Assembly: GCA_963812605.1 (NCBI GenBank)
Contig: CAWEWF010000014.1
Location: 96,001 to 160,000, forward strand
DNA from: an uncultured Verrucomicrobiae bacterium
GTDB taxonomy: Bacteria > Verrucomicrobiota > Verrucomicrobiia > Palsa-1439
DNA length: 64,000 nucleotides
Direction: 5' to 3'
The translations under genes and the position numbers were made by a program. Positions 1 to 10,745 of the stretch are shown one piece after another (position 1 is the stretch's first letter; each line of letters starts with the position of its first letter). Under the pieces are notes generated by a model. The model had not been told where the DNA came from. It worked only from the letters and a program-made list of their open reading frames with translations, and did no database searches.

Positions 1-10
1 TCAAAGGTTT

Positions 11-2023
11 ATGCTGATGAAGCTTGATATCGATTCTTCAACGGGATCGCGACCGGCAAGACGATATCTTTGTACTGTAATTGGCTTCACAATGATTTGT
101 TTTCATGGGTGCACGAATCGATTAGACATACCCGCAGGTTCCACCGTGAGCACGTCATCGGGATCGAATGTTCAAACGATCAGCGTGTCCCCTTTTATCA
201 AGTCGTTCAGAAGTCCACCGGCTATTTCTTCCAGCAGGGTACGAATCTGTTCTTGTCGACAGGCGTCTGCTCTGTGAATCCTGCAGAGTGGTCACCGGGT
301 GCCGGCGGAGTCCATCCTGAAGAAGGCACAAGGTTCCTACGATGCCTTGCCGCGGTTCGGTGGCAATACCCAGCAGTGGGCTGTAGCCACGGTGGATCGG
401 ATTCGCTCATGGGGCTTCAACACCGCTGCGGCTTGGTGCGATGAGGAGATCTACAAGCAACCGATTCCATGCGCGCGCGTAATCTGGTTCGGCAACGATT
501 CGCCGAGTGGCAACCGCCTTGTGGATGTGTTCAGCGCCGATTACGCGGCGCTGATTGAGGGCACCGCCGCAAAAGATGTCGAGCCGCACCGAAACGATGC
601 ATGGTTGATCGGGTATTTTATAAATAACGAACTGCCGTGGTACGGTGAATTCGGCTGGGCAACCGATCCTGAGAAGTCGTTGTTTAACCAATACTTCGCA
701 TTGCCCCCGGGCGCGCCAGGGCGACGCGAACTGTTTCGTTTTTTGCACGAACGCTACAGCTCCGTCGAGAAGCTGAAAGCGGATTGGAATACCAGCGCTG
801 CCGACTGGGAAGAGTTGGAGAAAGAAGCGCACCTCACCGGCACGACGCTTACAGCTCATCGCGTGAAGTTTTCCTGGGCCGGCCGCGTGGCGGAACGTTA
901 CTTCGCGTTATGCGCGGAGGCCATCCGCCGCCACGATCCGAATCATCTGATTCTTGGCTGCCGATTTGCAACCAAACCGCCGCGTTCTGTTGTCGAGGCG
1001 ATCGGCAACTACGCCGATGTCGTCAGTATCAATATGTATTCTAAGAGCGGCGATCTGAACTTGGAATACTTGCGTAACGTGTATGCGCTCACACGTAAGC
1101 CCATCATGATTACAGAGTTCTCCTGGCGCGGGATGCAGAACCGTTCTGGCGATGCGAACACGGGCGGCGCGGATGTGACCGTCCAGACTCAGCAGGAGAG
1201 GGCGGATCACTATCGACGTTACGTCTCGCACCTGCTGCAGGAGCCTTACATAGTCGGCATGCATTGGTTCCAATATGTGGATCAACCGCCGGCTGGCCGT
1301 TATCTCGACGGTGAGAATTCCAATTATGGCATCGTTGATATCCATGACGAGCCCTATGAGGAACTGACCGGCGCGATGCAGCAAACCAATGCGCGTCTAC
1401 CATCGCTTCGAGAGGGACGAGTGGGGACGGTTCCCGTCGCATTCGACGAGAGATCATGGAACGAATTGATGCCGATCCACGTCGCCGCAGGCAAGCTCGC
1501 TCAGCCGGTAATATTAGCAGCCGCAACGTCGAAAGCACCTCTGTCTTTGTTTGAATTGCATGCCGACAGTTCGCAGGGGAATCAAGGGGCATGGGAACGC
1601 GCTCCCGATGCCTGGATTTTCCATTATCAATCTGCTCGCGGGTGGGGGGTGCACGGTGACATACCACTTGAGGAGATCCTGCCCGCAGGTGCTGCCAACG
1701 TCGAAGTCGAGCTTCAAGCGCCATCTGGTTTGCAAATGCAAGTGTTCCTCCAAGAGACCGGGGATGGCCCGACAGGTCTACAAGTGTATCAAGGCAAGAA
1801 CGGTGCCGACGGTGAATCATTCGAGTTGCCACAATTCGCTGCCACGGGTACACGTCAGGTCGTACGCTTCAACTTGAACGATTGTGTGCGTCGGGTTTAC
1901 TGGGGTAACCAGGGGGGCAATCTAACAGTAGATACACAGGGACTCCGCAGCCTGAGTATCTATCTCCATGCCGGACAGGGATCAGGCGACGTACGCATCT
2001 ATGCCGTTAGCTTTACAAGTTGA
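11..2023 (+). CDS. Secreted glycoside hydrolase, GH50/beta-agarase-like, with C-terminal CBM11-like domain; 5' end frameshifted
   Basis: ORF 299-2023 has WGFNT, LIGYFINNEL, DPNHLILGCRF, KPIMITEF and VGMHWFQYVDQP motifs. The upstream frames (11-277, 70-444) supply a lipoprotein-like signal (FHGC) and N-terminal residues. Confidence 0.7.
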
Positions 2024-2177
2024 GGTAACACACGTATCAGACTTTGGATCAGTATCGCGGGGATTGCCTTAAATCCCAAACTGGACTGGAGGCGAGACAT
2101 GCCAAGGCGCGATGAGAACGACTAAACCAACGGCCCGCACTTGCCGCGCAGGTTTACCGGAGAACTCGTCAACGAAA

Positions 2178-2834
2178 CTACACGCGACGCCGCTTGGCGA
2201 ACGCGACAAGACCCAGCAGACCCGTCAGCGCCAGCGCGACGGTGCTCGGCTCGGGAACCAGCGTCTGGTCATCGAAGTAAACGGTGACCGGTGTGGCATC
2301 AAGGACGAGATCAAACACCTGTATGGACGCCGTGCCCGCCGGAGCAGTAGCCGTTACTGACAGTGGCACCCAAACACCCGCCACGGCATTGGTGCCGTTG
2401 ATCTCATTGCCGAGCTCGGCGTTTCCTGGCGACGTCTCGGCAGTACCGAGATTACTCCCCGTGCCAGCGGGTCCAGACCAGTAGGTAATCTGCAAGGCGC
2501 CCCAAGTGTTGACGTTGGTGCCGGGGACTGTTGGCGTGAGGCCAAATGCCGTCATGGTGAAAATCTGACCAGCACTCGCCGGGAACGTTTGATAAGCGCC
2601 TGGGACGGTGAAACCTCCCGGGCCCGCCAACTTGTTTGCATTTGTTCCGGAATGCGCGAAGTCGGTTGAAAACACGCCGCCGTTAAAGAACGTCCAACCG
2701 CCAACACCGTTGCCGGAGGGGCTGGTGACCGACCCTTCAGAACCTGGATCTACGAGAAGATTGGCCCTACTCGTTGTGGACATAGTCAGTGTGCAGACGG
2801 CGACGCAGACCAGTAGAATACTAACTCGCTTCAT
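2178..2834 (-). CDS. PEP-CTERM sorting domain protein
   Basis: N-terminal signal peptide; C-terminus VPEPSTVALALTGLLGLVAFAKRRRV (PEP motif, TM helix, basic tail). Confidence 0.92.
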   Translation of the reverse strand: MKRVSILLVCVAVCTLTMSTTSRANLLVDPGSEGSVTSPSGNGVGGWTFFNGGVFSTDFAHSGTNANKLAGPGGFTVPGAYQTFPASAGQIFTMTAFGLTPTVPGTNVNTWGALQITYWSGPAGTGSNLGTAETSPGNAELGNEINGTNAVAGVWVPLSVTATAPAGTASIQVFDLVLDATPVTVYFDDQTLVPEPSTVALALTGLLGLVAFAKRRRV

Positions 2835-3065
2835 AACCTTATCTCCCTTGGGTTTTACTAACCCTAACTATACTCGCTTGATGCAAATCATTGCAGTTTC
2901 TTCGAAATATGTCAAGCGCATATTTAGAAGCAAATGGGAACCCGTGGGTACATCATGACCCCCCTGTGGTGAAGTTGAAGGTGATGAGTATGAGGCGGCT
3001 GCGGGATGGCCAGCCGCATACGTCAATTCACAGCATGTGTGAGATGGGAGCGAGGACGCTCCACT

Positions 3066-3425
3066 CTACGATGAGCCTCTACTGATCGGGGTGATACTGA
3101 TCAAGGCTACGAAAGGTTCGGCACGGTCAAGATCGGCATACCGTCTGGGTTGCATGTGGACTGTGGCGAGTTCATTTTCCCGGAGCAAATCGGCCAGTCG
3201 ACCGAGACGCCAACCCAAAATCATCACGTCGGCGTTGGAGAAGGCGAGCGCAAGTTTTTGCGGCGGAGCGTTCTTATCTTGCCCCGCGTCCGGGTTGGGT
3301 TCCAGGGTGTAATCAATCAACTGGTTGGTGTGAAAGCCACGCCGGCGCTCCTCGTCGACATGGAACTCGATGCAGGCGCAATACTTGACGGAGGTTGTAT
3401 AGCAGTCGTCTTTGGTGGGGTGCAT
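3066..3425 (-). CDS. Hypothetical protein downstream of relaxase (119 aa)
   Basis: ATG at 3425 (MHPTKDDCY...), 22 nt after the reconstructed relaxase stop. The ORF track fuses it to the relaxase because of a frameshift. Confidence 0.65.
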   Translation of the reverse strand: MHPTKDDCYTTSVKYCACIEFHVDEERRRGFHTNQLIDYTLEPNPDAGQDKNAPPQKLALAFSNADVMILGWRLGRLADLLRENELATVHMQPRRYADLDRAEPFVALISITPISRGSS

Positions 3426-3447
3426 GGGGTGATTGAGGGTTGAATGT

Positions 3448-6400
3448 TCAGACACCAATGCCGCGAGAGTGGCCGATGCTTTCAGGCGGGGTGATGCCCC
3501 GACGCAGCTTGCGGCGGGCGGACTGCTCTTGCTGCAGAGCTTCCTTGACCGTGCGAGATCGTTTGAGGCCGCTGGTTCGTTTGACGGAGTCGGCCGTTTG
3601 ACGGAGTCAGCCTGTTTTATGGACTCAGCTTGTTTGATGGACTCGGTTTGCTCAAACTTGGTCGTGACAGTTTCCTTTTGCTCAATGACGGACCGTTCGC
3701 GAAGCCATCGCTGCACATCTTCGGCCACCTGTGCGAGCCGTTGCACCGGAGATAAACGCGTGGCGCGGAAAGCTCGCGGCGACTGACGCATCGGGCGCAC
3801 CGTGCGAAAATCTTGGTGCACCGCGCTCGCCGGGGTGCCGATATCCTGCTCTTGCTGCGGTTGTCGCAGGAAACCGAGTTTGGCCAGGTCATCGCGCAGG
3901 CCTTGGAGTTCGACCGCAGCCTTGCGTTCGTGCGAATCGGTCACGCGACGCGCGAGCAGTTCGGCATCATCGGTGAACACATGAACACGCTTGCGCCCGC
4001 GCGAAATGGAAACGTAGAACTGTTCACGGTTCACCGCGCCGAACGAACGCGACGATGCGACCAAAAGCACGTCATCGACGGTCTTGCTCTGTGATGAGTG
4101 TGAGGTTACGGCGTAGCCGTGGGTGAAGGTGTTGAATGTGCCAGGCAGCACCCGGCCATCGGTGAGACTGATACGGCCACCGCTGATCTCCCGAACCTGA
4201 ACACGCTCACCGTTGATGAACTCTTTGCCATGATTAGCTTGCAACAATAGCCAATCGCCAGCAGCGACTTTCAACTCGCGGGACACGCCCACGTCGAACG
4301 AGGCGGCGGCACCGGCCGGGATAAAATCCACTTCCATTCCATCCGGACGGCGAACGCGCAGTCCGTTTTCGAGAACGGCTCGGATTTCGACCGTCTCGCC
4401 CCGATCAAAGTCGCGCGTTTTTCTGACAAAGCGCAGGCGTTGACCCGGTTCGTACTGGTTCGTATTCTTCTTTTGCGCTTGCGTCCACGAGAGCGAATCA
4501 AAAACGCACACTGTCTGCTCATCCTGGCTGACGACACCCTCAGCTTTCAGAACCTCGCGCACCTTCTCGGTCACCGCCTCAATCTCGGCCCAAGTGGGCG
4601 AGACCAGCAATGCGGACCTGCCTTGTTTGGTCGCCGACAGGTATGCCTCAGCCGCCTGCTGGTAAAGCTGCCCATCATCCGTCGCCGCCTCCGTGACCGC
4701 GCCAAGTTCCACGAGCTTGGCAAACGCCTTGTCGGTCTGTTTGGCAGCAGCCAGTTCGACGACCTGACGGAAGACGGCGGGTTTCTGGCGGCGGATGGTG
4801 GTCAGTTCGCTGAAGCGGTAGGAGGAATACTGTTCAAGGATGCGCAGCGCATCGCCGCGAGCAACGGAAGCGTGTTGGCCGGTGTCGCCGGAGAGCACCA
4901 CACGAGCGCAGTTACTAACGGCCAGATTGAACAGTTTCACCATGTCATCGAGGCCAACAGCGCCGGCTTCATCCAGGACAATCACGCTGCGGGCGGAAAG
5001 TGTTCGCTGCATGGCCCAATCCGTCAGCAGCTTGGCAAGCGTGACCGCTTCCAGCTTGTCCTTGCGTAGCGTATCGGCAGCGGCAGCAGTCGGAGCGCAG
5101 AACAGAGCCTCGAAACCTTCGTTGTCGAGTATCCGGTTCAGTTCAACGAGGACCGTGCTTTTACCGGTGCCTGCCAACCCACGGAAGCCGGTGAAGCGGT
5201 CCGGGCTGGTGAGAACATGTTCCAATGCTTTGCGCTGATCCGGGCCGAGATGAGACGGCGGTTCGTAGCCGCTGGTCATCGGGGTGACGGTGTCGATGGT
5301 GGCGTTGACCGTGCGAATCAACAAAAGCTCCTTGGTGAGGATGTCGCGGGTCGAGAACTCCGAACCGACGCGCACCAGCTCAGAGCGTTCCGCCAGTGCA
5401 TTCTTTAGCAGCGGCAGGTCCAGTTGGCCGCAGCCGTTGACCAGGGCGGCTTCCAGAATCTTGTGTTGCGGCGCGACCGAAGCACGCTCGAAAACATGCG
5501 CGATGCCGTGGTCAACAGCCTCGCGCATCGTGACCGAGTGGGTGAAATCCCCCGACTGACCATTGGCCGCTTCGACCACTTTGCGTAGCGCCCGTTTCTC
5601 GAAGAAACCGATCTCGCCAAGTTGCTGTCGGCGCACTTGATCATCGGACGCGCCCTTGAGCTTCTTGGGGCGGGACTGGTGGACGACGTGAGCGATCTCC
5701 TGCTTGGTCAGTTTGCGACCGAGCTTCGCCTCCTGACGTTTCACGGCCAGGTCCCGTTGCTGCGACCGTTTCGAGAACCGGTCAATCAACTCAGGCGCGA
5801 CGCCCTCGATCTCGAACCCATTGGCGGCCTTCCGGGTGCAGTAGCCCGAGCCGGTGGAGCCGCTTGGCCAGTTCGTTGCGATAGACGGCCGTGCCGTAGT
5901 TGAGCGCACCGAACATATCGCCGGTTTGCAGCGCCTTCCACCGCTTCTCGGACTTGTCCCAAGTGCAGTTGAACAGGACGAAATGCGTGTGCAGTTGCGG
6001 GTCCAGGGCGCGGGAAGTCGTATGCAGGAACGCTGCGCCAACCAAGTTGCCAGTGATGCGATCCTGATCTTCGAATGGCGGCCTTGCGGATACGCGTGGC
6101 GGCGAACTGCTCCAACTCACGCAGTGCCATCGTGGAGGCCTCTTGGTGTGCCTCGATGATGCGATGGTCATTCATCATGACCGCCAGAATCGACACCGAC
6201 TTGGGCGGCGAGCAGACGAAATCGAAATAGAGCCGACGCTCCCGGAACTGTTGCGGGGTGAGTTGTTCGCCTGTAGTTGGGTGCAGGTTATCGCAGAGGC
6301 GCAGGAACGCTTCGCGGGCGACAGCCTCACCTGGCTGCAAGCCCAACTGTTCTGCGCCGATGCCAATCCAATGACCGCCTTGATCGTGTGCCAACACTTC

Positions 6401-6490
6401 GCCCTGAGCGTAGTAATCGTTGTGGGAGAGGTGCTCGTCGAAGTAGGTCGTGGCAGCGGCTCGATTCTTTTGTGGGATGGCGCTGAACAT
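3448..6490 (-). CDS. mobF: MOBF (TrwC/TraI-type) conjugative relaxase-helicase, with about 3 frameshifts
   Basis: N-terminus MFSAIPQKNRAAATTYFDEHLSHNDYY (catalytic Tyr region); 3H motif HTTSRALDPQLHTH; helicase motifs GLAGTGKS, VLDEAG, HGYAVTSHSSQSKTVD; reconstructed C-terminus SIGHSRGIGV*. Confidence 0.9.
3575..3648 (-). repeat. Imperfect 18-bp tandem repeat in relaxase C-terminus
   Basis: Minus strand gagtccatcaaacaagct / gagtccataaaacaggct / gactccgtcaaacggcc / gactccgtcaaacg, encoding ESIKQA ESIKQA DSVKR DSVKR. Confidence 0.7.
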
Positions 6491-6608
6491 GGCTGAGGAG
6501 GTTACCGGAAACCGTCGCTTAAAGTTGTTCCCAAATGGGAACCACTTGGCAGGTATCCTTGTGGTGATATGGGCGGCGTTGAAAGCGCCATTAGTCATCG
6601 CTCCGCAG

Positions 6609-6640
6609 TGTCGCACGAAAGTCGGCGTGTGTTATGTATC
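6609..6640. promoter_or_regulatory. Candidate oriT/nic region
   Basis: tgtcgcacgaaagtcggcgtgtgttatgtatc lies about 120 bp upstream of the relaxase start; imperfect GAAA-loop hairpin reminiscent of the R388 nic hairpin. Confidence 0.4.
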
Positions 6641-7000
6641 TGCTACACGCGATAACGAGGTGGGCCGGGCTATAACGCTCACCGATGTCAGCGAGTATTC
6701 ATGCGGCACACTGTAACCGGAAGAGACGGACCGACCATTCGCAAATGCGATCAAATTGAACAGGCCAAGTGTGGCAGAGAAACGGAAGAATTCGGGATGA
6801 CACTTACCCCGCCTCAAAGCGGTGACGAAGCTGCTCGACCGGTGTCGGTCTGGCTGCTCGGTGGACAACGCGTGGCCGCATCGCGGACTGACGAGCGGAC
6901 TCCGCATGGCTGTCGGCAGGATCCGCGTGGTCGCACGAGTCGGCGAATGTCTCGCCGCTCGAATGTCAGCCACGAATCAAACCATTGAAATGACAATACC

Positions 7001-7387
7001 ATGAGCACACCGATTGATTACACGAGGCTGGCCGCAACCCTGGACTACGCGTCGCTGGAAAAGAAGCTGGATCAATTAACGCAGCTTGATCCACCGAGGA
7101 CGCGCAAGACTGTCGCCGACGTGTTGGAGCCACTGCGCGAACGGTTGCTCGATCTCCACCGCAAGGGGTGGAGCAGTGGCCAACTCGCCGACGAGCTGAA
7201 AACTGCCGGCGTGCCGGCGAGTGCGGCACGCTTACGCGAGTGCCTGAGTCGCTGGACGGCACGCGGCGACGGAGCCGCCAAGTCGCGCACTCGCTGCAAA
7301 TCAAAACGCGCTTCTGCGAACGCACAGGCAACGATTAGGGGAGCCACACTGGAAGGAGCAACGACAATCAGACCGGACAGGTGTTGA
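7001..7387 (+). CDS. Small helix-turn-helix protein, probable relaxosome/mobilisation accessory factor
   Basis: LRERLLDLHRKGWSSGQLADELKTAGVPASAARLRECL HTH-like pattern; divergent from the relaxase across the oriT candidate. Confidence 0.6.
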   Translation: MSTPIDYTRLAATLDYASLEKKLDQLTQLDPPRTRKTVADVLEPLRERLLDLHRKGWSSGQLADELKTAGVPASAARLRECLSRWTARGDGAAKSRTRCKSKRASANAQATIRGATLEGATTIRPDRC

Positions 7388-7971
7388 CGGTACGTTGAAG
7401 GCACATGAAATCATCACCGCTTACTCACCGGTGGAATGCTGGCAGACCCGGCGGGGCGGACGCTTCTGTCGCGTTCCGCTCGCCGCGTCTGCGGCGCTGT
7501 CAGGGCGTAGCGACGGCACAGTGTCGTCCGTGGCCGCGCGTTGCTTGCCACCGACGACCAGACAGCGATCGTCAGATGGCAGTCAGCCAATTTGGGAACA
7601 CTCCGTGGTCGCGGACACACCCTGTCCGCACAGCATGCTCTCGCCGACTCCAATCATTCTCATCGCCGACTGCGAGGGATATTCACGCCGTCCTCTACGC
7701 GTCCTGTTTATGACCAGCACGGTCAAATGACTCTCCATCGTGCCATCCATGGGCGCATTATACTGCTGTATCAGTCACCAACTCTGCGTGAGTGGCCTCT
7801 TGATTGTACGGCTCGCTGCGCGCCGTCAAGATGTTCCTCGCTGCGCTGCGGTCCACCGCTGACGCTTCTTGACAGCGCTCGCTCCGCCAGCGGCCTGGTT
7901 TCTAGTACTTCACGCTGGAGCTTTTCACTGAAGGCAATCAAGCCGAAATCCATAGTACGAAAAAGGTGTCT

Positions 7972-8253
7972 ATGAACAATCAACGAACACAACTGCGCAC
8001 CACTGGCGCAGAAACCACCGCGGCACCGATTGCGCCCGGCAATTGTGGCGCGGCGCTTCCTGAGTTCGGACGGCTCGCCGACGTTCGACGCTTATTCGGG
8101 TTGAAACGTAGCTTCACCTACCAACTGATAAACGAGGGGAAAATCCGCAGTGTGAGTTTGAGAAAAGCCGGTGCGAAAACCGGCTGTCGACTGATCCACA
8201 TGCAATCCGTCCGGGACTACCTGACCTCTCAAATGGAAGGGGGTGCGTCGTGA
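7972..8253 (+). CDS. AlpA/excisionase-like DNA-binding protein
   Basis: FGRLADVRRLFGLKRSFTYQLINEGKIRSVSLRK...RLIHMQSVRDYL winged-HTH pattern next to a tRNA. Confidence 0.8.
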   Translation: MNNQRTQLRTTGAETTAAPIAPGNCGAALPEFGRLADVRRLFGLKRSFTYQLINEGKIRSVSLRKAGAKTGCRLIHMQSVRDYLTSQMEGGAS

Positions 8254-8441
8254 ACACGAAACGCGGAAAGATGGCTGCATTGGTGGGCATCCGAGCACGC
8301 AAACAGAATACCGCAACCGCTTTTACACACCTGCGGACAAGCCCGAACGCAGACGGACTTGTTATGAAATTGTGTTATGAAATCTGTCTGTCTACTAGTC
8401 TTGATCACGAAATATCTCAATTTTACTATAGAAAAAGAAGT

Positions 8442-8533
8442 TGGCGGAGGGGGCGAGATTCGAACTCGCGAGGGCCTTTGCAGACCCCACACGCTTTCCA
8501 GGCGTGCGCATTAGACCACTCTGCCACCCCTCC
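8442..8533 (-). tRNA. tRNA-Ser(GGA)
   Basis: GGAGGGGTGGCAGAGTGGTCTAATGCG-CACGC CT GGA AA GCGTG, long variable arm, GTTCGAATC...CCTCCGCCA. Confidence 0.97.
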
Positions 8534-8554
8534 GATGACTGAAAGCGCTGAACT

Positions 8555-8737
8555 TTACTCCGGGGGTGGCGGCAGCGTCAACTGCTGCAACAACCACTCT
8601 TCCTCGAGCGGGCTGAGGTCGAAGCGGACGGCGGTTTGTTCGATGGCGTCGAGCTTGGTGATGCCGGGCGTTTCCTTGAGCAGGTTGCTCAACCATTCCA
8701 GCGCGTGGGCGCGTTTTTCGGCTTCGGCTTTGCTCAT
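8555..8737 (-). CDS. Small hypothetical protein (60 aa)
   Basis: MSKAEAEKRAHALEWLS...EQTAVRFDLSPLEEEWL; ATGA overlap with tsaC stop and GGAGG RBS. Confidence 0.7.
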   Translation of the reverse strand: MSKAEAEKRAHALEWLSNLLKETPGITKLDAIEQTAVRFDLSPLEEEWLLQQLTLPPPPE

Positions 8738-9711
8738 GTTTGACCTCCTTTGCCCGCGGCCCGCAGCAATCGGTCGCGGACGGCGAGACCGAGTCCCTGC
8801 GGTACCGGCAGCAGGCACAATACCACTTCCATACCCTGTGTGTCCAAGTCGCGCAACTGGGCGAAGACGGTTTGGGCCAGCCGCTCAATGGTGGTGGTTG
8901 TGTCCAACACGCCAACGCGTTTGCCGTCGTTACGCAACTTGTCGGCTCGCGCGCGAAGTTCTTCCTCGTTCTCGAACAACTCAACCTGTGCGCGGGGTGC
9001 GTAATGTTTGAGCGTCATACCGGGACCGGCAAGGCCGGCACGCGCGACCTCGTCGGCGACACCGGTCGCGAGTCGCACGGTTCCGAGCACCTTCTCCAGT
9101 TGCTCACGGCTCACGCCGCCGGGCCGCAGGATTGCCGGCGGCGATTGCGTCAGGTCGATCACAGTGGATTCCACGCCCACCGGCGTGGGGCCGGCATCCA
9201 GAATCAGGTCCACGCGGTCACCCAGGTCCTCAGCGACGTGCTCGGCGCGCGTGGGGCTGGGACGGCCAAAGCGATTGGCGCTCGGGGCGGCAATGGGCGC
9301 ACCCACGATGTCCAGCAGCGCGGCGGCGACGGGATGCCACGGCATCCGCAAGGCGACCGTGGCCCGGTGCGCGGTCACTTCGTCGGGAACTTGCGCGGCT
9401 TTTTCGACGACCAGGGTCAACGGCCCCGGCCAGAACCGGCTGACGAGCAGTTCGAATTGCGGCAACAACCGTTTCATGAGCGCATGCGCCATCGGCAGGT
9501 CGCGGACGTGGACAATCAGCGGATCCCAATCGGGCCGATCTTTCGCCGTGAAGATTTTGCGAACGGCCTGCGGGTCGAGGGCGAGGGCACCGAGTCCGTA
9601 AACGGTTTCAGTCGGGAACGCTACGAGCCCTCCGGCGCGCAGAATCTCCACGGCGCGCTCGATGGCCTGGCGTTCGGCGTCGTGGGGATCGACTTTCAGG
9701 ATATTCTTCAT
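8734..9711 (-). CDS. tsaC: L-threonylcarbamoyladenylate synthase (Sua5/TsaC)
   Basis: VAFPTETVYGL, FWPGPLT, AAPSAN, ILRPG, C-terminal SUA5 domain HYAP. Confidence 0.95.
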   Translation of the reverse strand: MKNILKVDPHDAERQAIERAVEILRAGGLVAFPTETVYGLGALALDPQAVRKIFTAKDRPDWDPLIVHVRDLPMAHALMKRLLPQFELLVSRFWPGPLTLVVEKAAQVPDEVTAHRATVALRMPWHPVAAALLDIVGAPIAAPSANRFGRPSPTRAEHVAEDLGDRVDLILDAGPTPVGVESTVIDLTQSPPAILRPGGVSREQLEKVLGTVRLATGVADEVARAGLAGPGMTLKHYAPRAQVELFENEEELRARADKLRNDGKRVGVLDTTTTIERLAQTVFAQLRDLDTQGMEVVLCLLPVPQGLGLAVRDRLLRAAGKGGQT

Positions 9712-9810
9712 TCGCCGCCGGGCATCCAGTGTGACACACGGCGGAAATGGTTAGAAGCAGGATTTTCTTGCGAGGAACGGACGGGAATGAAAGAGTGGCG
9801 GCACGACTGC

Positions 9811-10665
9811 ATGAAGAATACTGGCATCCTGCTCGTGGATTGTCCTGACCAGAAAGGGATCGTGGCGACGATCTCCGAATTTCTCTACCGTCATAACGCC
9901 AATATCCTGCATGCCGATCAACATCAGGACGGCGACCTCAGGTTGTTTCTCACGCGCGTGGAGTGGGACCTCGCCGATTTCAAGTTGCGGCCGGCGGATT
10001 TTGAGAGGGCATTTGCGCCGATTGCGAAGCAGTTCCGGATGCGGTGGCGATTGGAGCTTTCATCCCGGCGGCCGCGGGTCGCGATCTTCGTCTCGAAGTA
10101 TGACCATTGCCTGGTGGATTTGCTGTATCGACACGAGAGCGGCGAATTGGCGTGTGAGGTTCCGATCATCATTAGCAACCATCAAGCCGCGGAACGGCTG
10201 GCGAAGTTCCACAAGATTCCGTTTCACCTGATCGCGATTGAAGATGGCCGGAAAAAAGAGGCGGAACGACGGCAACTGGCGCTATTGAAGAAGCACGCCA
10301 TTGATCTCGTGGTGCTCGCCCGCTACATGCAGATCCTGTCGCCCGAATTCGTGACGCAATATCCGCAACGGATCGTGAACGTGCATCATTCCTTCCTGCC
10401 CGCGTTCAGCGGGGCGCGGCCTTATCACCGGGCATTCGAGCGCGGCGTGAAGCTGATTGGCGCAACGAGTCATTATGTGACGGAAATCCTGGATGAAGGG
10501 CCCATCATTGAGCAGGACGTGGTACGCGTTTCGCATCGCGATCAATTGACAGATTTGATCCAACGCGGACGGGACCTGGAGAAGGTGGTGTTGTCCCGCG
10601 CGGTCCGCTGGCACATCGAGCATCGCATTCTGGTGTACGCCAAAAAGACGGTGGTTTTTGACTAA
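9811..10665 (+). CDS. purU: Formyltetrahydrofolate deformylase
   Basis: CPDQKGIVA ACT domain, LARYMQILS, NVHHSFLPAF, GVKLIGATSHYVT. Confidence 0.96.
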   Translation: MKNTGILLVDCPDQKGIVATISEFLYRHNANILHADQHQDGDLRLFLTRVEWDLADFKLRPADFERAFAPIAKQFRMRWRLELSSRRPRVAIFVSKYDHCLVDLLYRHESGELACEVPIIISNHQAAERLAKFHKIPFHLIAIEDGRKKEAERRQLALLKKHAIDLVVLARYMQILSPEFVTQYPQRIVNVHHSFLPAFSGARPYHRAFERGVKLIGATSHYVTEILDEGPIIEQDVVRVSHRDQLTDLIQRGRDLEKVVLSRAVRWHIEHRILVYAKKTVVFD

Positions 10666-10745
10666 TCCGGTTCGGAAATTGATTGCACCACCTGTCTGCA
10701 AGCCGTCTGCAAACTGGCACATGGACTGCTACAAAAAGCCTGCCT

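Larger units (their letters stand above)
3066..8441. mobile_element. Mobilisable genomic island (or remnant) at tRNA-Ser 3' end; left boundary unresolved
   Basis: Relaxase, HTH protein and AlpA lie directly downstream of the tRNA-Ser 3' end, with an AT-rich junction at 8360-8441. Confidence 0.7.

Noticed and set aside
2080-2100. ggaggcgaga as a second att copy of the tRNA-Ser 3' end
   Set aside because: The match is too short and gapped to distinguish from chance.
3066-6041. 991-aa relaxase fusion ORF from the track
   Set aside because: Artefact of frameshifts. The true relaxase starts at 6490 and ends near 3448, and the last 119 aa belong to a separate gene.
8740-9810. Long N-terminal extension of PurU (641-aa ORF)
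   Set aside because: Antisense shadow of tsaC. PurU homology begins at ATG 9811.
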